DNA from: Gracilinanus agilis
Lineage: Eukaryota
Assembly (NCBI RefSeq): GCF_016433145.1
Contig: NC_058131.1
Coordinates: forward strand, 631,995,373 to 632,059,372
Direction of reading: 5' to 3'
Length of the DNA: 64,000 nucleotides
Shown here: positions 63,211 to 64,000 of the stretch, in pieces
Layout: the number at the start of each line of letters is the position of its first letter
Numbering within the stretch: position 1 is the stretch's first letter
Translations under genes and position numbers: made by a program
Notes under the pieces: generated by a model
Told to the model about the DNA's origin: nothing
What the model saw: the letters and a program-made list of their open reading frames with translations, nothing else
Databases searched by the model: none

Positions 63211-64000
63211 CTCATCTTAAACTTTGAGCTTAAAATTTTATTTAGTATATGATAAATACCTAAGTGATGAGCTCCTTTCACCCTGATATACTACTTAACT
63301 GGTTCGACAACCTCCAATAAATGAATCTAGTACAGAGCAGTCAAGTTATAATAATATTCCTAAAATCCCAATTATAATCTTGTCCCTGTTCAAAATCATC
63401 CATAGATACCATATATAAAATAAATTCTAAACTCCTTGAGCAATGTTTTCCTTAATCTAACCCCACCCAACACTTTTCAAAATGACAGAAATTGGAGTAG
63501 TCTACACATTATCTCAAACTATTTCCTCTGCCTGAACATACCTTTCCTATTTGTAGCTTCTCTACAAGTCAACTCCAGTTCCCAGTCTATTACTGCACCA
63601 GTCCACTCATTTTGTACATCTTAAGTTCCTCCTAAACTCCTTAAGCACTGTATTGCACTAAAAGGCATTGACTTTCAAACATACTGAGTATATCCTGATA
63701 AAAATAAATCACCTTAGTTATAATTAATATTTATGTACTTTCCACATGGAGCAACTAAAAAGAACAAATTAGGCTTTTTAATGTTATTAGAAGTGAAAGA
63801 GGAATGAATAAACAATTGGTGTTATGAAATGATAAATTTGTAAAGGAAGAGGAAACAAGAAGCATGACGGAAGAAAAAACCAAGACTGATGATTTATTAA
63901 AACCAGGTGCAATAGCAGGGAAATTAAGACTAAGTAGGACACGTATTAAAAGTCAGTTTTCACTCAAATATACAAGGAGTTAAAGCAATTGTATAAAAAA

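Noticed and set aside
62432-64000. Search for EIF3A exon 7
   Set aside because: No RMSTRVLLATL..GLINDM-type coding sequence found; it must lie beyond the window.

Overview
AT-rich, repeat-dense mammalian genomic DNA. The SINE, LINE and RTE content (MAR1-type CORE-SINEs with RTE tails, SINE1_Mdo-like copies, marsupial L1 tails) points to a didelphid marsupial, probably Monodelphis; this is an inference. Positions 1-38 kb are intergenic: stacked L1, L2, CR1, RTE, SINE and LTR remnants, plus an unexpected 3'-truncated YBX3 retrocopy at ~11.4-12.3 kb (-). A CpG island at ~38.6-40.2 kb holds the single-exon NANOS1 gene (+, 291 aa). Facing it tail-to-tail is the 3' part of EIF3A (-). I mapped 15 exons (8-22 by human numbering, recalled); all introns are GT-AG and the frame is continuous over 949 codons including the stop. 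EIF3A intron 9 has an intact H/ACA snoRNA (SNORA19). Intron 8 has what appears to be a dead second SNORA19 copy split by a SINE. Intron 10 has a hAT MITE carrying a perfect CTCF core motif. I found no prokaryotic-type system, CRISPR array, rRNA or tRNA gene, and nothing that I can support as a wholly new biological system; the best leads are evolutionary and regulatory. Repeat family names and reference-gene comparisons come from recognition and memory, not database searches. Repeat boundaries are approximate unless TSDs are given.
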